Positions 63,883 through 64,000 of a stretch of 64,000 bases of DNA are shown one piece after another; position 1 is the stretch's first letter; each line of letters starts with the position of its first letter. The position numbers and the translations under genes were made by a program. The stretch is from Octopus sinensis. Lineage: Eukaryota. The notes beneath the pieces are model-generated. The model was given only the letters and a program-made list of their open reading frames with translations, made no database searches and was not told the origin of the DNA. Where the stretch lies: positions 24,366,001 through 24,430,000 of the forward strand of contig NC_043004.1 of NCBI RefSeq assembly GCF_006345805.1, in the 5' to 3' direction.

Positions 63883-64000
63883 TAAATGTGTGTTCGTTAC
63901 ATGTGAAACGGGTGCTAAGCAGATTAGTAACAATCGATCATGCATTCACCATCAGTAATATAATATAACATCGTTATATTCAGTTTCTGTTCTGTGGATG

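Overview
AT-rich, microsatellite-dense animal genomic DNA, either intergenic or deep intronic. The SINE families and repeat landscape point to an octopus (inference, not a database match). I cannot support any intact host protein-coding gene; nearly all tracked ORFs are microsatellite or antisense artefacts, or transposon debris. The window holds decayed mobile elements: at least four tRNA-headed SINE families (labelled A-D here); LINE remnants (R4/Dong-type RLE x2, RTE, and pieces of one CR1-group family); Penelope-like (PLE) fragments; mariner, Tc1, maT and Tigger/pogo remnants; two non-autonomous Helitrons; a near-identical 860-bp tandem duplication; and a hidden 25-bp minisatellite. Highlights: (1) a complete type I hammerhead ribozyme with an unusually long stem II and palindromic stem III at 11715-11806; (2) a second, decayed hammerhead at the apex of a 43-bp fold-back at 53751-53935; (3) copy-specific fold-back palindromes, including a 222-bp spacerless one; (4) a CR1-group LINE ORF1 that appears to join an N-terminal Myb/SANT trihelix-like domain to CCCH zinc fingers, with a 3' tail shared by SINE family A; (5) a textbook recursive-splice-like AG|GTAAGT site on the minus strand.
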